From: Promethearchaeota archaeon
Lineage (GTDB): Archaea > Asgardarchaeota > Lokiarchaeia > Sigyniarchaeales > SOKP01
Length of the DNA: 64,000 nt
Direction of reading: 5' to 3'
Assembly (NCBI GenBank): GCA_048938025.1
Contig: JBHLMP010000006.1
Span: 31,495-95,494 of the forward strand
In this document: positions 48,840 to 58,249 of the stretch, in pieces
How positions within the stretch are numbered: position 1 is the first letter of the stretch
Layout of the letters: each line of letters begins with the position of its first letter
The notes under the pieces: generated by a model
Told to the model about the DNA's origin: nothing
Database searches by the model: none
What the model saw: only the letters and a program-made list of their open reading frames with translations
Position numbers and translations under genes: made by a program

Positions 48840-50228
48840 ATGGTTGAAAATCTCAAGGACATGATCAAAGGAGGCAGAATTGTCGGTAGAGCTAATTATG
48901 TCTTTACTCCTGAGATATCAAGTTCTATTGGCTCTATACACGGTAGTTTATTTGGTCAAAATGAATCAATTGTAATTGGGAGAGATTATCATAATGATAG
49001 TAGAATGTTAAAAAGAGCATATACTTCAGGAATTATGTCTACCGGTATTGATCTTTTAAACTTATCAGATTGCACATTTCCTATGCTACAATTTACTATT
49101 CGCCGTTTTGGTGCAAGTGGAGGAGTTTACGTTTCTGGGGGACATCTATATAGTGAAGATGTGGGGATTAGATTTGTAAATGCCGGTGGAATTGAATTAG
49201 CACAAACAGAAATTCAAAAAATAGTTAAATCCTATAATAACTATCCAGAGAATGTAAGAAGAGTTGAACCGAACGAAATTGGACAGATTACAGCAATTCC
49301 GCAAACTGATGATATTTATATTAAGTCTCTACAGCAATTTGTTAATAAAAAAAGAATAAAAAAAGCGGATTTAAGAATTGTTGTTGACTGTTCTTACGGA
49401 CCTACGGGAAAAATTACTCCCCTTTTACTTAATGATATAGGAGTAGAAGTTATAGCTCTAAATACACATTATCGTGAGAGATCACAAAATCCAGTACCTA
49501 ATATCAACACAATAAGAAATACAGCAAATATAGTTAAAGCATCAAATAGTCATTTAGGTATTTGTTTTGATGTGGATGGGTCAAGAATTTTAGTAATTGA
49601 TGAAAATGGTTTAGAAGTTAATTTTGAAGAATTATTAATGCTTTTTGTATCATATGATGAAAGGATTCAAAAGTCAAAAGGAAATACAATTATAACAACA
49701 CCTTCCATTTCACCTATAGTAAAAAGATTTATTGAAGATAATGGATTTCCCGTAAAACAAGTTGAAAACCTTCCAGGAGAGATTTCTAGGCAAATAAGAG
49801 AAGAACGTGCGTGTTTTGCTGCCTCTGATACTTTAAAGTTTTATCTACCAGAATATTCTCCATTTTCAGATGGTAATTTCATTCTTATTAAGATTCTTGA
49901 GATAATGACTAATCAGAATGATTTGCTTAGCTCTCTAACAAGAGGTTTTCCTAAAGGGATAAAAATTAATAAATCAATCTCAATTTCACCTAGTTTGCTT
50001 GATACTTTTCATAATCAATTAATAGAAGTAACGGAAGAACATAGATTCAAATATATTGATATAATTAATGAATTAAAAATTATTGATAATGATGTTTTTA
50101 CTACAATAAAAGTTGCTCTTAATAGAAGCGCTGTATTATTATCAGCAGAATCTTGTGTCGAGGATACTAATGCGGCAAAAAAAATGATTCAAAACTTAGA
50201 AGGGATAATACAGAATATGCATGTTTAA
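48840..50228 (+). CDS. Phosphoglucomutase/phosphomannomutase-fold protein, catalytically degenerate
   Basis: IVGRAN..FTPE, IGRD, VVDCSYGPTG fold markers; SGGHLYSE in place of (T/S)ASHNP; FDVDGSR in place of DxDxDR. Confidence 0.8.
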   Translation: MVENLKDMIKGGRIVGRANYVFTPEISSSIGSIHGSLFGQNESIVIGRDYHNDSRMLKRAYTSGIMSTGIDLLNLSDCTFPMLQFTIRRFGASGGVYVSGGHLYSEDVGIRFVNAGGIELAQTEIQKIVKSYNNYPENVRRVEPNEIGQITAIPQTDDIYIKSLQQFVNKKRIKKADLRIVVDCSYGPTGKITPLLLNDIGVEVIALNTHYRERSQNPVPNINTIRNTANIVKASNSHLGICFDVDGSRILVIDENGLEVNFEELLMLFVSYDERIQKSKGNTIITTPSISPIVKRFIEDNGFPVKQVENLPGEISRQIREERACFAASDTLKFYLPEYSPFSDGNFILIKILEIMTNQNDLLSSLTRGFPKGIKINKSISISPSLLDTFHNQLIEVTEEHRFKYIDIINELKIIDNDVFTTIKVALNRSAVLLSAESCVEDTNAAKKMIQNLEGIIQNMHV

Positions 50229-50347
50229 AAAGTTTTATGATTATTCTTGTGTCTATCTTTTCTAAATGAGTTTAAAATTTAAAAAACATACAAATAATTA
50301 TATAATAATATAATATTTTAAAAATAAAATTATAGGATGATATAACC

Positions 50348-51019
50348 TTGGCAGTTGACGTATATCAAATAATAATATTAGTAACGTTATTCATTATTTA
50401 TGGGATCTTCTTAATGTTTGATTTATTTGGAAGAAACGAGAATTATGGCTATTTAGCATATGTTGTAGCAGTTATCCCCATTAATTATCTCTGGTCTATG
50501 GGCTCAGATTATGTAATAGCAGCATATTTTATACTCTTCATCTTATGGGATATTACATTAATACGCGATACATTTGGGGTTTATTTTAAAAAGAATAAAG
50601 AAATTAATGAGATATTATTATACTTGGTTCTTGGAATTATAATACAAATAATAATTTCAGCGATTTTACCTGAAGGAGATTCTGCTTTACAAGTTAATAC
50701 TGAACAATTATGGTTTTTTTGGTTGCCTAATATTCATTCAGCAGTTTTTGAGGGAGAATCGCTCATTTTAGGCTTTAAACTTGCAGCGAGTTTAATGGTT
50801 TTGCTTATAGTTTTACCATTAATTCTAGATATTAAAGATGAAGAAATCCCACTTCCTATGTTTATTATCATCATCGCAATTTTTATCATTCCTTTTCTCT
50901 ATATTAGTTATATTTGGCTTCCTGGTCCTGAAACATTAGGGGTTTTAACGTTCTTATTTTCAGTGATTCTATTTATAATCTTACTTCTAATAACTCGGAG
51001 TGGAAAAGAGACAAAATAA
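50348..51019 (+). CDS. Hypothetical multi-TM membrane protein
   Basis: About seven hydrophobic segments; AGGATGA upstream of a TTG start. Confidence 0.7.
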   Translation: MAVDVYQIIILVTLFIIYGIFLMFDLFGRNENYGYLAYVVAVIPINYLWSMGSDYVIAAYFILFILWDITLIRDTFGVYFKKNKEINEILLYLVLGIIIQIIISAILPEGDSALQVNTEQLWFFWLPNIHSAVFEGESLILGFKLAASLMVLLIVLPLILDIKDEEIPLPMFIIIIAIFIIPFLYISYIWLPGPETLGVLTFLFSVILFIILLLITRSGKETK

Positions 51020-51033
51020 CCATAAATTAATAA

Positions 51034-51078
51034 TTATTTATTACTGGGAGTGGTAAAGAAGTTAAATACAAAAATTAA
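51034..51078 (+). repeat. Degenerate copy of the last about 12 codons of the upstream gene
   Basis: Reads LFITGSGKEVK versus the gene end LLITRSGKETK*, with synonymous differences. Confidence 0.55.
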
Positions 51079-51187
51079 TATTTTTTGTTTTTTCTATTAA
51101 TTTTTTATTATTATTTTTATATTTATATAATGATAGAATATCAAATTTAGAGAAAATCTAAATTAAAATCAATAAAAAGAGAATATC

Positions 51188-52186
51188 ATGGCAAAAAAAG
51201 TAACCCAATCTGATGAAGAGAGCGACGATAAAAATAAAAACTCAAAAATTTCACACAGTCTCAAAGATCTTCCTGGTGTTGGAGATGCAACAATAAAGAA
51301 ATTAATTGATGCGGGCATTGTATCTATTAGAACTCTGGCAATGTATCCATTACAAAAATTAATGGATGAAGCAGGGATAGGGGAAAAGACAGCTGAAAAA
51401 ATAATTAGAGCAGCTCAGGATATCGAAAAAATGGGTTTTAAATCTGCAGATTTAATTTGGGAAAAGAGAAGAGCATTAAATAAATTAACTACGGGAAGCT
51501 CGAATTTAGATGAATTATTAATTGGAGGTATTGAACCAGGTGCGGTTACAGAACTTTTCGGTGAATATAGAACTGGGAAAACCCAATTAACACATCAACT
51601 TTGTGTTAATGTACAACTATCTTACGAACAGGGGGGTCTTGAAGGAGCGGCTTTATATATAGATTCTGAAGGAACTTTTAGACCAGAAAGAATAATCCAG
51701 ATGGCGTTAGCTAAAGATTTAGATCATAATAATATTTTAAAAAACATCATTATCGGACGAGCTTATAATAGCGATCATCAAATTCTCCTTGTGAAAGAAG
51801 CTCCGAAAATAATTTCAGAAAAAAATATAAAAATAATTGTAGTAGATTCATTAATAACGCATTTTCGAAGTGAATATATTGGAAGGGGGACTCTATCAGA
51901 ACGTCAACAAATTTTAAATACTCATATTCATGATTTATTAAGATTGACTGAAACCTATGATGAACTAGCTGTTGTTTTTACTAATCAGGTTTCAGCTAGA
52001 CCTAATGTGTTTTATGGTAATCCTTTAATACATACAGGTGGGAATATTGTTGCTCATGGAGCAACTATAAGAATCTTTTTAAGAAAAGGAAAAGGAGAAC
52101 AGAGAATAGCTAAGGTTGTTGATGCTCCTCATATACCTGAACAAGATACTGTTTTTTCAATAACTGAAAATGGAATTTCAGATTAA
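51188..52186 (+). CDS. radA: DNA repair and recombination protein RadA
   Basis: N-terminal HhH LPGVG, MGFKSA polymerisation motif, GEYRTGKTQ, IDSEGTFRPERI, HFRSEYIGRGTLSERQQ. Confidence 0.96.
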   Translation: MAKKVTQSDEESDDKNKNSKISHSLKDLPGVGDATIKKLIDAGIVSIRTLAMYPLQKLMDEAGIGEKTAEKIIRAAQDIEKMGFKSADLIWEKRRALNKLTTGSSNLDELLIGGIEPGAVTELFGEYRTGKTQLTHQLCVNVQLSYEQGGLEGAALYIDSEGTFRPERIIQMALAKDLDHNNILKNIIIGRAYNSDHQILLVKEAPKIISEKNIKIIVVDSLITHFRSEYIGRGTLSERQQILNTHIHDLLRLTETYDELAVVFTNQVSARPNVFYGNPLIHTGGNIVAHGATIRIFLRKGKGEQRIAKVVDAPHIPEQDTVFSITENGISD

Positions 52187-52241
52187 AATATAATCTCTTT
52201 TTAAAAGAAAATTATAAATAAAAGATTATAAATAAAAATTA

Positions 52242-52679
52242 CTAATAATTAAGATTTACCTCAACATCAATTCCTTCTCTCACAGCTTGGGTAACAGTAC
52301 AATATTGTTCGAACATTTTTCTACATTGATCTGCTCTTTTACGGGTTTCAGGATCATCAATTTTAGCAAAAATATCTACATCAATTTTCCTTACTCTCCA
52401 AAATCCTTTCTCATTTCGAGCAATAGTTACTTCAGCTTCAGCTTTAAGATCATTAATTTTAAAATCTTTTTTTTGTAAACAAAATATAAAACTCGCACTT
52501 AAGCAACCTAATACTGCCATTGCTAACATTCTGGAGGGATTGGGACCTAGCATATCCACCTCATCTTTATGAGCTTCATCAATATAGCAATCTTTAACTT
52601 TGATTTCTCCAAGATCGCATTTAAATATCATTTCTTCTTCTAAAGTCAATCCTACTTTAGTTTTCATTACTTCCGACAT
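52242..52679 (-). CDS. OsmC/Ohr family protein
   Basis: GPNPSRMLAMAVLGCL and FEQYCTVTQAV two-Cys pattern. Confidence 0.88.
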   Translation of the reverse strand: MSEVMKTKVGLTLEEEMIFKCDLGEIKVKDCYIDEAHKDEVDMLGPNPSRMLAMAVLGCLSASFIFCLQKKDFKINDLKAEAEVTIARNEKGFWRVRKIDVDIFAKIDDPETRKRADQCRKMFEQYCTVTQAVREGIDVEVNLNY

Positions 52680-52718
52680 TAAAATTTACCTCTATTACTA
52701 GATTTTTAGATTTTTTTC

Positions 52719-52746
52719 TAGTTCCATAATAATAATATAGGAACTA
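52719..52746. promoter_or_regulatory. Inverted repeat TAGTTCC-N14-GGAACTA upstream of the OsmC-family gene
   Basis: 7-bp arms 40-67 bp upstream of the start codon. Confidence 0.4.
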
Positions 52747-52811
52747 AGAATTTCTTAAATATTTTTTATATACTGTATAAATAAATTGAATTTATAACAA
52801 TTTTTTAATAA

Positions 52812-53402
52812 TTATTGTGATTCAATTTTCTTTAATTTAAAGTGACGATATAAATGGAATAGTATAAATGGAAAATAAAGTAATATGAGTAAGATATATG
52901 GAAATGCTAATATTGTTATAGATAAAATCATTAAAAAAAAAATTAGAACTTCTATTACCATACAAATTTTATTGTTATAATATTTTTCATCAAAAAAGGA
53001 AGCAGGATTTTTATATTTACTCAAATAGTCAGATATGTTCTCAAATTCTTCTTTTGAAATTAAAAATTTGGGACCTATCTGTTTTTTTTGAAAATAAAAA
53101 AAATTTGTACCCCAATCAAGGGTGTCAATTAATACATGAATTGAGTAACTGTAACCACTTAGATATAAAGCTGGCCAATCCATCATATACCCTAAAATTA
53201 TAAAAAATAAACTTGGAATTATTGAATGTGTGATTAACATTCGGTGGTTTTTATCTTTAGCATATTTGGAAAGTAAAACATCAAAATCACTAATAAATGC
53301 AAAAAAGATTATCATAGAAAATTCAAATAAATTAAAGTTAAAATAGTAATTAAGAATGGATGCTAAGATTACTCCTATTCCAAAATGAGTATTAATATGT
53401 AT
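52812..53402 (-). CDS. Membrane-bound metal-dependent hydrolase (YdjM-like); probable ATA start
   Basis: Extension gives (M)HINTHFGIGVILAS...SDFD...HRMLITHS...HVLIDTLD; GGTGA 6 nt upstream of ATA at 53402. Confidence 0.75.
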   Translation of the reverse strand: MHINTHFGIGVILASILNYYFNFNLFEFSMIIFFAFISDFDVLLSKYAKDKNHRMLITHSIIPSLFFIILGYMMDWPALYLSGYSYSIHVLIDTLDWGTNFFYFQKKQIGPKFLISKEEFENISDYLSKYKNPASFFDEKYYNNKICMVIEVLIFFLMILSITILAFPYILLILLYFPFILFHLYRHFKLKKIESQ

Positions 53403-53419
53403 TAAAATTCACCATAATT

Positions 53420-54403
53420 TTATATAATATATCTTCTTTGGTGTATTCTTTTTAAAACTTTTTCTTTTCTTTTAAAACCAGAAGGTCCTTTCTTTTCTAC
53501 TAAAAAAGAAGCAGCTGCAGAAGCTAAATGAGCAGAATTCTCAATTTCGTTCCATGATTTATCGGAATGTATAAATTCATATAAAAATATCGAAAAATAG
53601 ACATCTCCAGCTCCTGTTTCATCAATAACCTTTCTAGCTTTAAAAGCCGGAATTTTCAAGATTTTCTCTCCTTTTTTAATAAGCATTGAACCTCTCTCGC
53701 CCAAGGTCATAATGAAGATTGCATTATTATCGTATTTAAGAAAATGATTCATGACTTTATATATATCTTCATTCTCACCTGCTAATAATTTCATTTCTTC
53801 TTCTGAACCTTTAAGGATCAATTTATCTCCAATTAAATTTATTATTTCATCCATGTTTGAAATTATCTGTTCATCATATACATAAACAACTTCACCATCT
53901 TCTCTGATTTTTCTAAGAAAACCCTGAAGATCTACACCTAAATATATATTAGGAAATTGTTTCAATATTTGTGAAATATAATCAATTGAAATTTCATTAC
54001 ATAAGGGCACTAGTACAATAATATCAGGCGGGTTGTCAAGATACTCTACTGGAATATCATTAAATTTTAAATTAGGACTCCGAGATTTGAGAGTTAAGGT
54101 TCTAGAATGGTTATAATAGTCTAATACAAATTGAGTATTATTTACGTCTGAGTATTTTATTCCTTTTAAATCAATATTTTTATGATTAATTCCATCTAGC
54201 AATGAATAATCAAAATTTAATGTCCCTAGATGTGAAATTATACTAATATTAACATCTTGAGAATAAGTACTCAAGGCTAAAGAACAATATGATACACTTC
54301 CTCCCAAGCTTGGCTTACTTCTTCGTTTAAATCTTATAATTGTATCAATAGCAAAGTGTCCTGTGAAAATAATGGAGGAGGATTTTTTATTTTGAAAAGT
54401 CAT
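53420..54403 (-). CDS. PfkB/ribokinase-family carbohydrate kinase
   Basis: GHFAIDTI, LGGSVSY, DLQGFLR, TLGERGS, DETGAGDVY. Confidence 0.92.
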   Translation of the reverse strand: MTFQNKKSSSIIFTGHFAIDTIIRFKRRSKPSLGGSVSYCSLALSTYSQDVNISIISHLGTLNFDYSLLDGINHKNIDLKGIKYSDVNNTQFVLDYYNHSRTLTLKSRSPNLKFNDIPVEYLDNPPDIIVLVPLCNEISIDYISQILKQFPNIYLGVDLQGFLRKIREDGEVVYVYDEQIISNMDEIINLIGDKLILKGSEEEMKLLAGENEDIYKVMNHFLKYDNNAIFIMTLGERGSMLIKKGEKILKIPAFKARKVIDETGAGDVYFSIFLYEFIHSDKSWNEIENSAHLASAAASFLVEKKGPSGFKRKEKVLKRIHQRRYII

Positions 54404-55552
54404 TTATGATGATTTTAATTCTTCAATAATTTTATTCTTTTCTTCTATTGTCAACTTTAACTTATTTATTCTATTCTGCAAATCTTCAATTAAATCAGCC
54501 ATTGGACCACTAGGGACGGCTTTCTGAGCAGGTTTTAACGTTTGTAATTTTGTAATTAAAATATCCTTCTCTTTTATTTGTTCTTGAAGATCCTTTACTT
54601 TATTTTCAAGATTATTAACTAAAGTTGCTGGTTTAGTTTCTTCTGATTTTAATTTTAAAGAGTTTTGCAATTTCGAAATTTCATTTCTAAGATCTTCATT
54701 TTCATTCTTAAGTTCTTTTATCTCATTAGGTTCTAATCGAAAACCGCCTTTCGCTAAAGCTTGCTTTAATTCTGATTTTTCTTCGGTTAATTGCTTAATT
54801 ATTCCTTTAGTTCGATTTAAATCAGATTGTAAATCTTGGCAAAGCAGCTCAAGAGTGGTTGATGGAGATTGAGTTGATTGTGGCTTAATTTCTGGTTCTT
54901 TAGATATTTCGACAGGAACTACATAATCTATTGGTAGTGTTTTTAATTTTTCAAGTAATTGTTCATTAAGAGCTTCATTTTCTTGCATCAATTCATCAAT
55001 TTTTGTATCTTTAGTTTTGATTGATTCTTCATATTCTGCAATTAATAATTTCTTTTTCGATAATTCTGACTGTAAATCTTCAATTAAAGTGTTAGTTACT
55101 GTTAATTCTGAATCCGATTCAATACTAGGCTTAGGTTCTGGTTGCCTTGGTGTTGAATAACTTTCTATTCTTAATTCAGCAATCTCTCTTTCTTTTTCAT
55201 TTAATTCTTCGTCTTTTTCAAGAATTATTCTTTCTAATGTTTTTACTTTTTCCTTTAGTTTGATGCTTTCTTGTTTGATAATTTCAGTTGCAGCTCCACT
55301 TCCAATCTGTCTTGGTTTTAGTTGTTCTTTTAATCTTTCGTTTTCTTCAATAGTTTCTTTAATAACTTTTTCAGTTCTACTAAGTAAATCAATGTTTTGC
55401 TTGATTTTATTTCTTAAATCTTCGTTTTCTTTTTCTACATCTTTAATTCTCTCAAAGGTATCTCCTATTACACTAGGTTTTTTCATTTTATTTTCCATCT
55501 TTTGTTTCCACAAACCGATAAAATCTTCTACTTTTTCATTATCTTCTGGCAT
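54404..55552 (-). CDS. Segmented coiled-coil protein
   Basis: Heptad-rich blocks separated by P/S/T linkers; recurring L(I/C)(E/Q)DLQ. Confidence 0.75.
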   Translation of the reverse strand: MPEDNEKVEDFIGLWKQKMENKMKKPSVIGDTFERIKDVEKENEDLRNKIKQNIDLLSRTEKVIKETIEENERLKEQLKPRQIGSGAATEIIKQESIKLKEKVKTLERIILEKDEELNEKEREIAELRIESYSTPRQPEPKPSIESDSELTVTNTLIEDLQSELSKKKLLIAEYEESIKTKDTKIDELMQENEALNEQLLEKLKTLPIDYVVPVEISKEPEIKPQSTQSPSTTLELLCQDLQSDLNRTKGIIKQLTEEKSELKQALAKGGFRLEPNEIKELKNENEDLRNEISKLQNSLKLKSEETKPATLVNNLENKVKDLQEQIKEKDILITKLQTLKPAQKAVPSGPMADLIEDLQNRINKLKLTIEEKNKIIEELKSS

Positions 55553-55593
55553 TTTTCAAATTTTTTTTTCTTTTAATTATATAATTTATCTCT

Positions 55594-56481
55594 TTATTTT
55601 ATAATAATTCCAGAGAAATATCCAACACAATAACCAAGATTCTCTGTTATATCATAAGAAGTATAATATTGTAAAAATTTACCTTTTTTTGCATCTAAAT
55701 TTTTACAAGTTAGCATTAATGTAGTTATCGTGTGTTTACCACATACGCTTCTAAAAGCAGCTTCAAAAGCTTTTTTAGGATTTAATTCAACAAATGCATC
55801 TATTAAATTTTGATCTCTTTTCTTGAATTTTTCTATTTCATTCGTGTCATAAACATCCTCATGAGACATATCTGAGGATGCTATAATAACAATATCTTTA
55901 TTAAAAGAGTTTATCGATTTAGCAATATCATTTGAAATTTTTTCCAAGACTTCATAATTATCTCTGAATTTACTAGCAATTTTTATGGGAACTATTTTTA
56001 CATCTTTATCATTAGCGCAATATTTAATTAAAGGTAATTGAATTTCAATATTATGCTCTCTTCCAAATGGATATCCTATAAATGCTGAATTATCTAAGTT
56101 AATTATTTCACTATTATCTAAAATTTTTTGGGCTAATTCTGAATCTATTTTTAAATTTCCTAAAGGGGTTTCCCATTCACCCTCTTTCATTAACGCTATT
56201 TTATCATACCCAATATGATCAGTGCCTAATATTATAATTGTATCAGGGATTTTGTCTTTGAACAAATTCAGATACGAAAATGCAGCACATCTTCCAGAAT
56301 ATGCATAACCCGCATGAGGCGAGACTGCTCCTATTATTGTTCTTGTTTCTTGATTTAATGACTTTGGTTCTGTTCCAGGTCCAAATTTTTTATCTATAAA
56401 ATATTTACTTAAATCTTTGATTAAATCTGATTTATATCGAGGATACCAACTTCCTGCGTGTATTGCGCGTCTAACTTCCAT
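55594..56481 (-). CDS. MEMO1 family protein (AmmeMemoRadiSam protein B)
   Basis: RRAIHAGSWYP, PHAGYAYSG, GTDH, WETPLG, EHNIEIQLP, ASSDMSH, VCG, VGY. Confidence 0.94.
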   Translation of the reverse strand: MEVRRAIHAGSWYPRYKSDLIKDLSKYFIDKKFGPGTEPKSLNQETRTIIGAVSPHAGYAYSGRCAAFSYLNLFKDKIPDTIIILGTDHIGYDKIALMKEGEWETPLGNLKIDSELAQKILDNSEIINLDNSAFIGYPFGREHNIEIQLPLIKYCANDKDVKIVPIKIASKFRDNYEVLEKISNDIAKSINSFNKDIVIIASSDMSHEDVYDTNEIEKFKKRDQNLIDAFVELNPKKAFEAAFRSVCGKHTITTLMLTCKNLDAKKGKFLQYYTSYDITENLGYCVGYFSGIIIK

Positions 56482-56599
56482 TTTTAATCACAATTTTTTT
56501 GATTATTACCTATAAAATAATTAATATTGAAATTTATATAACTTCACCTAATCTTTAGAAATTTGAAAGATTTAATAAATTATTTTTAATAACTCTATA

Positions 56600-57205
56600 A
56601 TGATGAATGAAGAAAGGGAAGCTCAAATTTCGCTTGATAACATTAAAGAAGAAGATATCCCCAAAAAAATTCCTACTAAATTTATAAATTCAAGAGTAAT
56701 CGTTTTTAATCCTTTATATGCTTCTTATCTTTATGTTAAAAAAAATTTTTTTGGGAGTCCTCTTGGAATTAATAAACCACGCTTAGAATATTTCTCTAAG
56801 CCTTCAGAATTGTCATTAATAGAGGCGTACTATTTATTGAATAAGGATGAAATAACTATTTATCATGTTAAAGAAGATAAAGAATTAAACCCTAACGAAT
56901 TTCATAAAATTGCTAAAGAGATTCATCATAAATTTGAAGAAAAATATACTATATATAAAGATCTTAGAAAAAAAGGCTATATTCCTCGACCAGGGCTTAA
57001 ATTTGGAGCAGATTTCGTTGTGTATAAAAAGGGACCAGGATTAGAACATTCACCTTTTATTGTTCATGTATTACCTCATGATTCTAAAATCACAGCTATA
57101 GATATGGTGAGAGCTGGAAGATTAGCAACTTCTGTAAGAAAAAAATTTGTAATCGCAAACCCTCTAACAAACAGCTACTACTTTTTTGAGTGGTTTAAAC
57201 CCTAG
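56600..57205 (+). CDS. endA: tRNA-intron endonuclease, catalytic subunit
   Basis: LSLIEAYYL, YKDLRKKGY, GLKFGADFVVY, GPGLEHSPF, RLATSVRKK (Tyr-His-Lys triad). Confidence 0.95.
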   Translation: MMNEEREAQISLDNIKEEDIPKKIPTKFINSRVIVFNPLYASYLYVKKNFFGSPLGINKPRLEYFSKPSELSLIEAYYLLNKDEITIYHVKEDKELNPNEFHKIAKEIHHKFEEKYTIYKDLRKKGYIPRPGLKFGADFVVYKKGPGLEHSPFIVHVLPHDSKITAIDMVRAGRLATSVRKKFVIANPLTNSYYFFEWFKP

Positions 57206-57247
57206 CTCTTATTCTTTATCTTTAGAAGTCAAATTTATAATGAAATA

Positions 57248-58249
57248 TTGTTGATAACAATGAATGAAAAGATTGGAAAAATTAAACTCTCAAAATATTT
57301 AGAAAAATATGTATCTCAAAATATTCCTCATAAAAATGATTTAATTGAATTGATGAAGGTTATTGTTGAAGCTACTATCCCAATACGCGGATTGCTTGAG
57401 AGAGGAATAACATCCCGTGAAATTCGTTATAGAATGGAAATTCCTACACCTAATGGTGATTCAATAAATATATATGATGAACAACAAATTCATGAAGATG
57501 TTCTCACACATTCCATAATCTTGAAAGCTTTACAAGAAGGAGATGCAGATTTTGCGTTCGTTGCTTCTGAGGAGGCTGAGCCTGTTTTAGGTAATGGAAA
57601 ATTCGGAATAACAATTGATCCTGTAGACGGTTCTTCAAATGTTGCGGTTAATAGAACCGTAGGAACAATTGTAGGAATATATTATGAAGGAAGAATATTC
57701 TGTTCATTTTATATACTTTATGGAATCTTCACAAATCTCATTCTCGCTATAGATGAAAAAGTTTCAGAATTTATTTTAGATCTAACTCCATATAGTCCAA
57801 CGTTTTATCATTATGTATTTCATGGATGGTTATCATTACCTGACAGAAAAGAAGGAGGAATTCGTGCAATGGGAGGTGATTATACATATTGGTCTAGTAA
57901 GTGTAGGAATTATGAACAATTACTTATTGAAAACCGTTTCAAGGACAGATATAGTGGAAGTTTTGTCGGAGATTTCCATGCTATTTTATATTACGGAGGA
58001 ATCTATTCGTATTTCCCTTCCCCAAAAGGCAAGATACGTTTGTATTACGAATGGGTTCCTCTTGCGTTTATTGTAAGAACTTTAGGAGGGGATTTTTTAA
58101 TAATAGGTGAAGGTATTCATCTTGATGAGACTAAAAATATGGAAGATATTGAGCCTGTAACAAAAGAAAATATCATTAGTGTTCATAATTTAACATGTGG
58201 AGGGCTTATCGGGAGTAAAAAGGCAGTGAATTGGTTTAAACAAATATGA
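57248..58249 (+). CDS. fbp: Class I fructose-1,6-bisphosphatase
   Basis: ASEE, IDPVDGSSN, VGTIVGIY, RYSGSFVGDFH, GKIRLYYE..PLAF. Confidence 0.85.
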   Translation: MLITMNEKIGKIKLSKYLEKYVSQNIPHKNDLIELMKVIVEATIPIRGLLERGITSREIRYRMEIPTPNGDSINIYDEQQIHEDVLTHSIILKALQEGDADFAFVASEEAEPVLGNGKFGITIDPVDGSSNVAVNRTVGTIVGIYYEGRIFCSFYILYGIFTNLILAIDEKVSEFILDLTPYSPTFYHYVFHGWLSLPDRKEGGIRAMGGDYTYWSSKCRNYEQLLIENRFKDRYSGSFVGDFHAILYYGGIYSYFPSPKGKIRLYYEWVPLAFIVRTLGGDFLIIGEGIHLDETKNMEDIEPVTKENIISVHNLTCGGLIGSKKAVNWFKQI

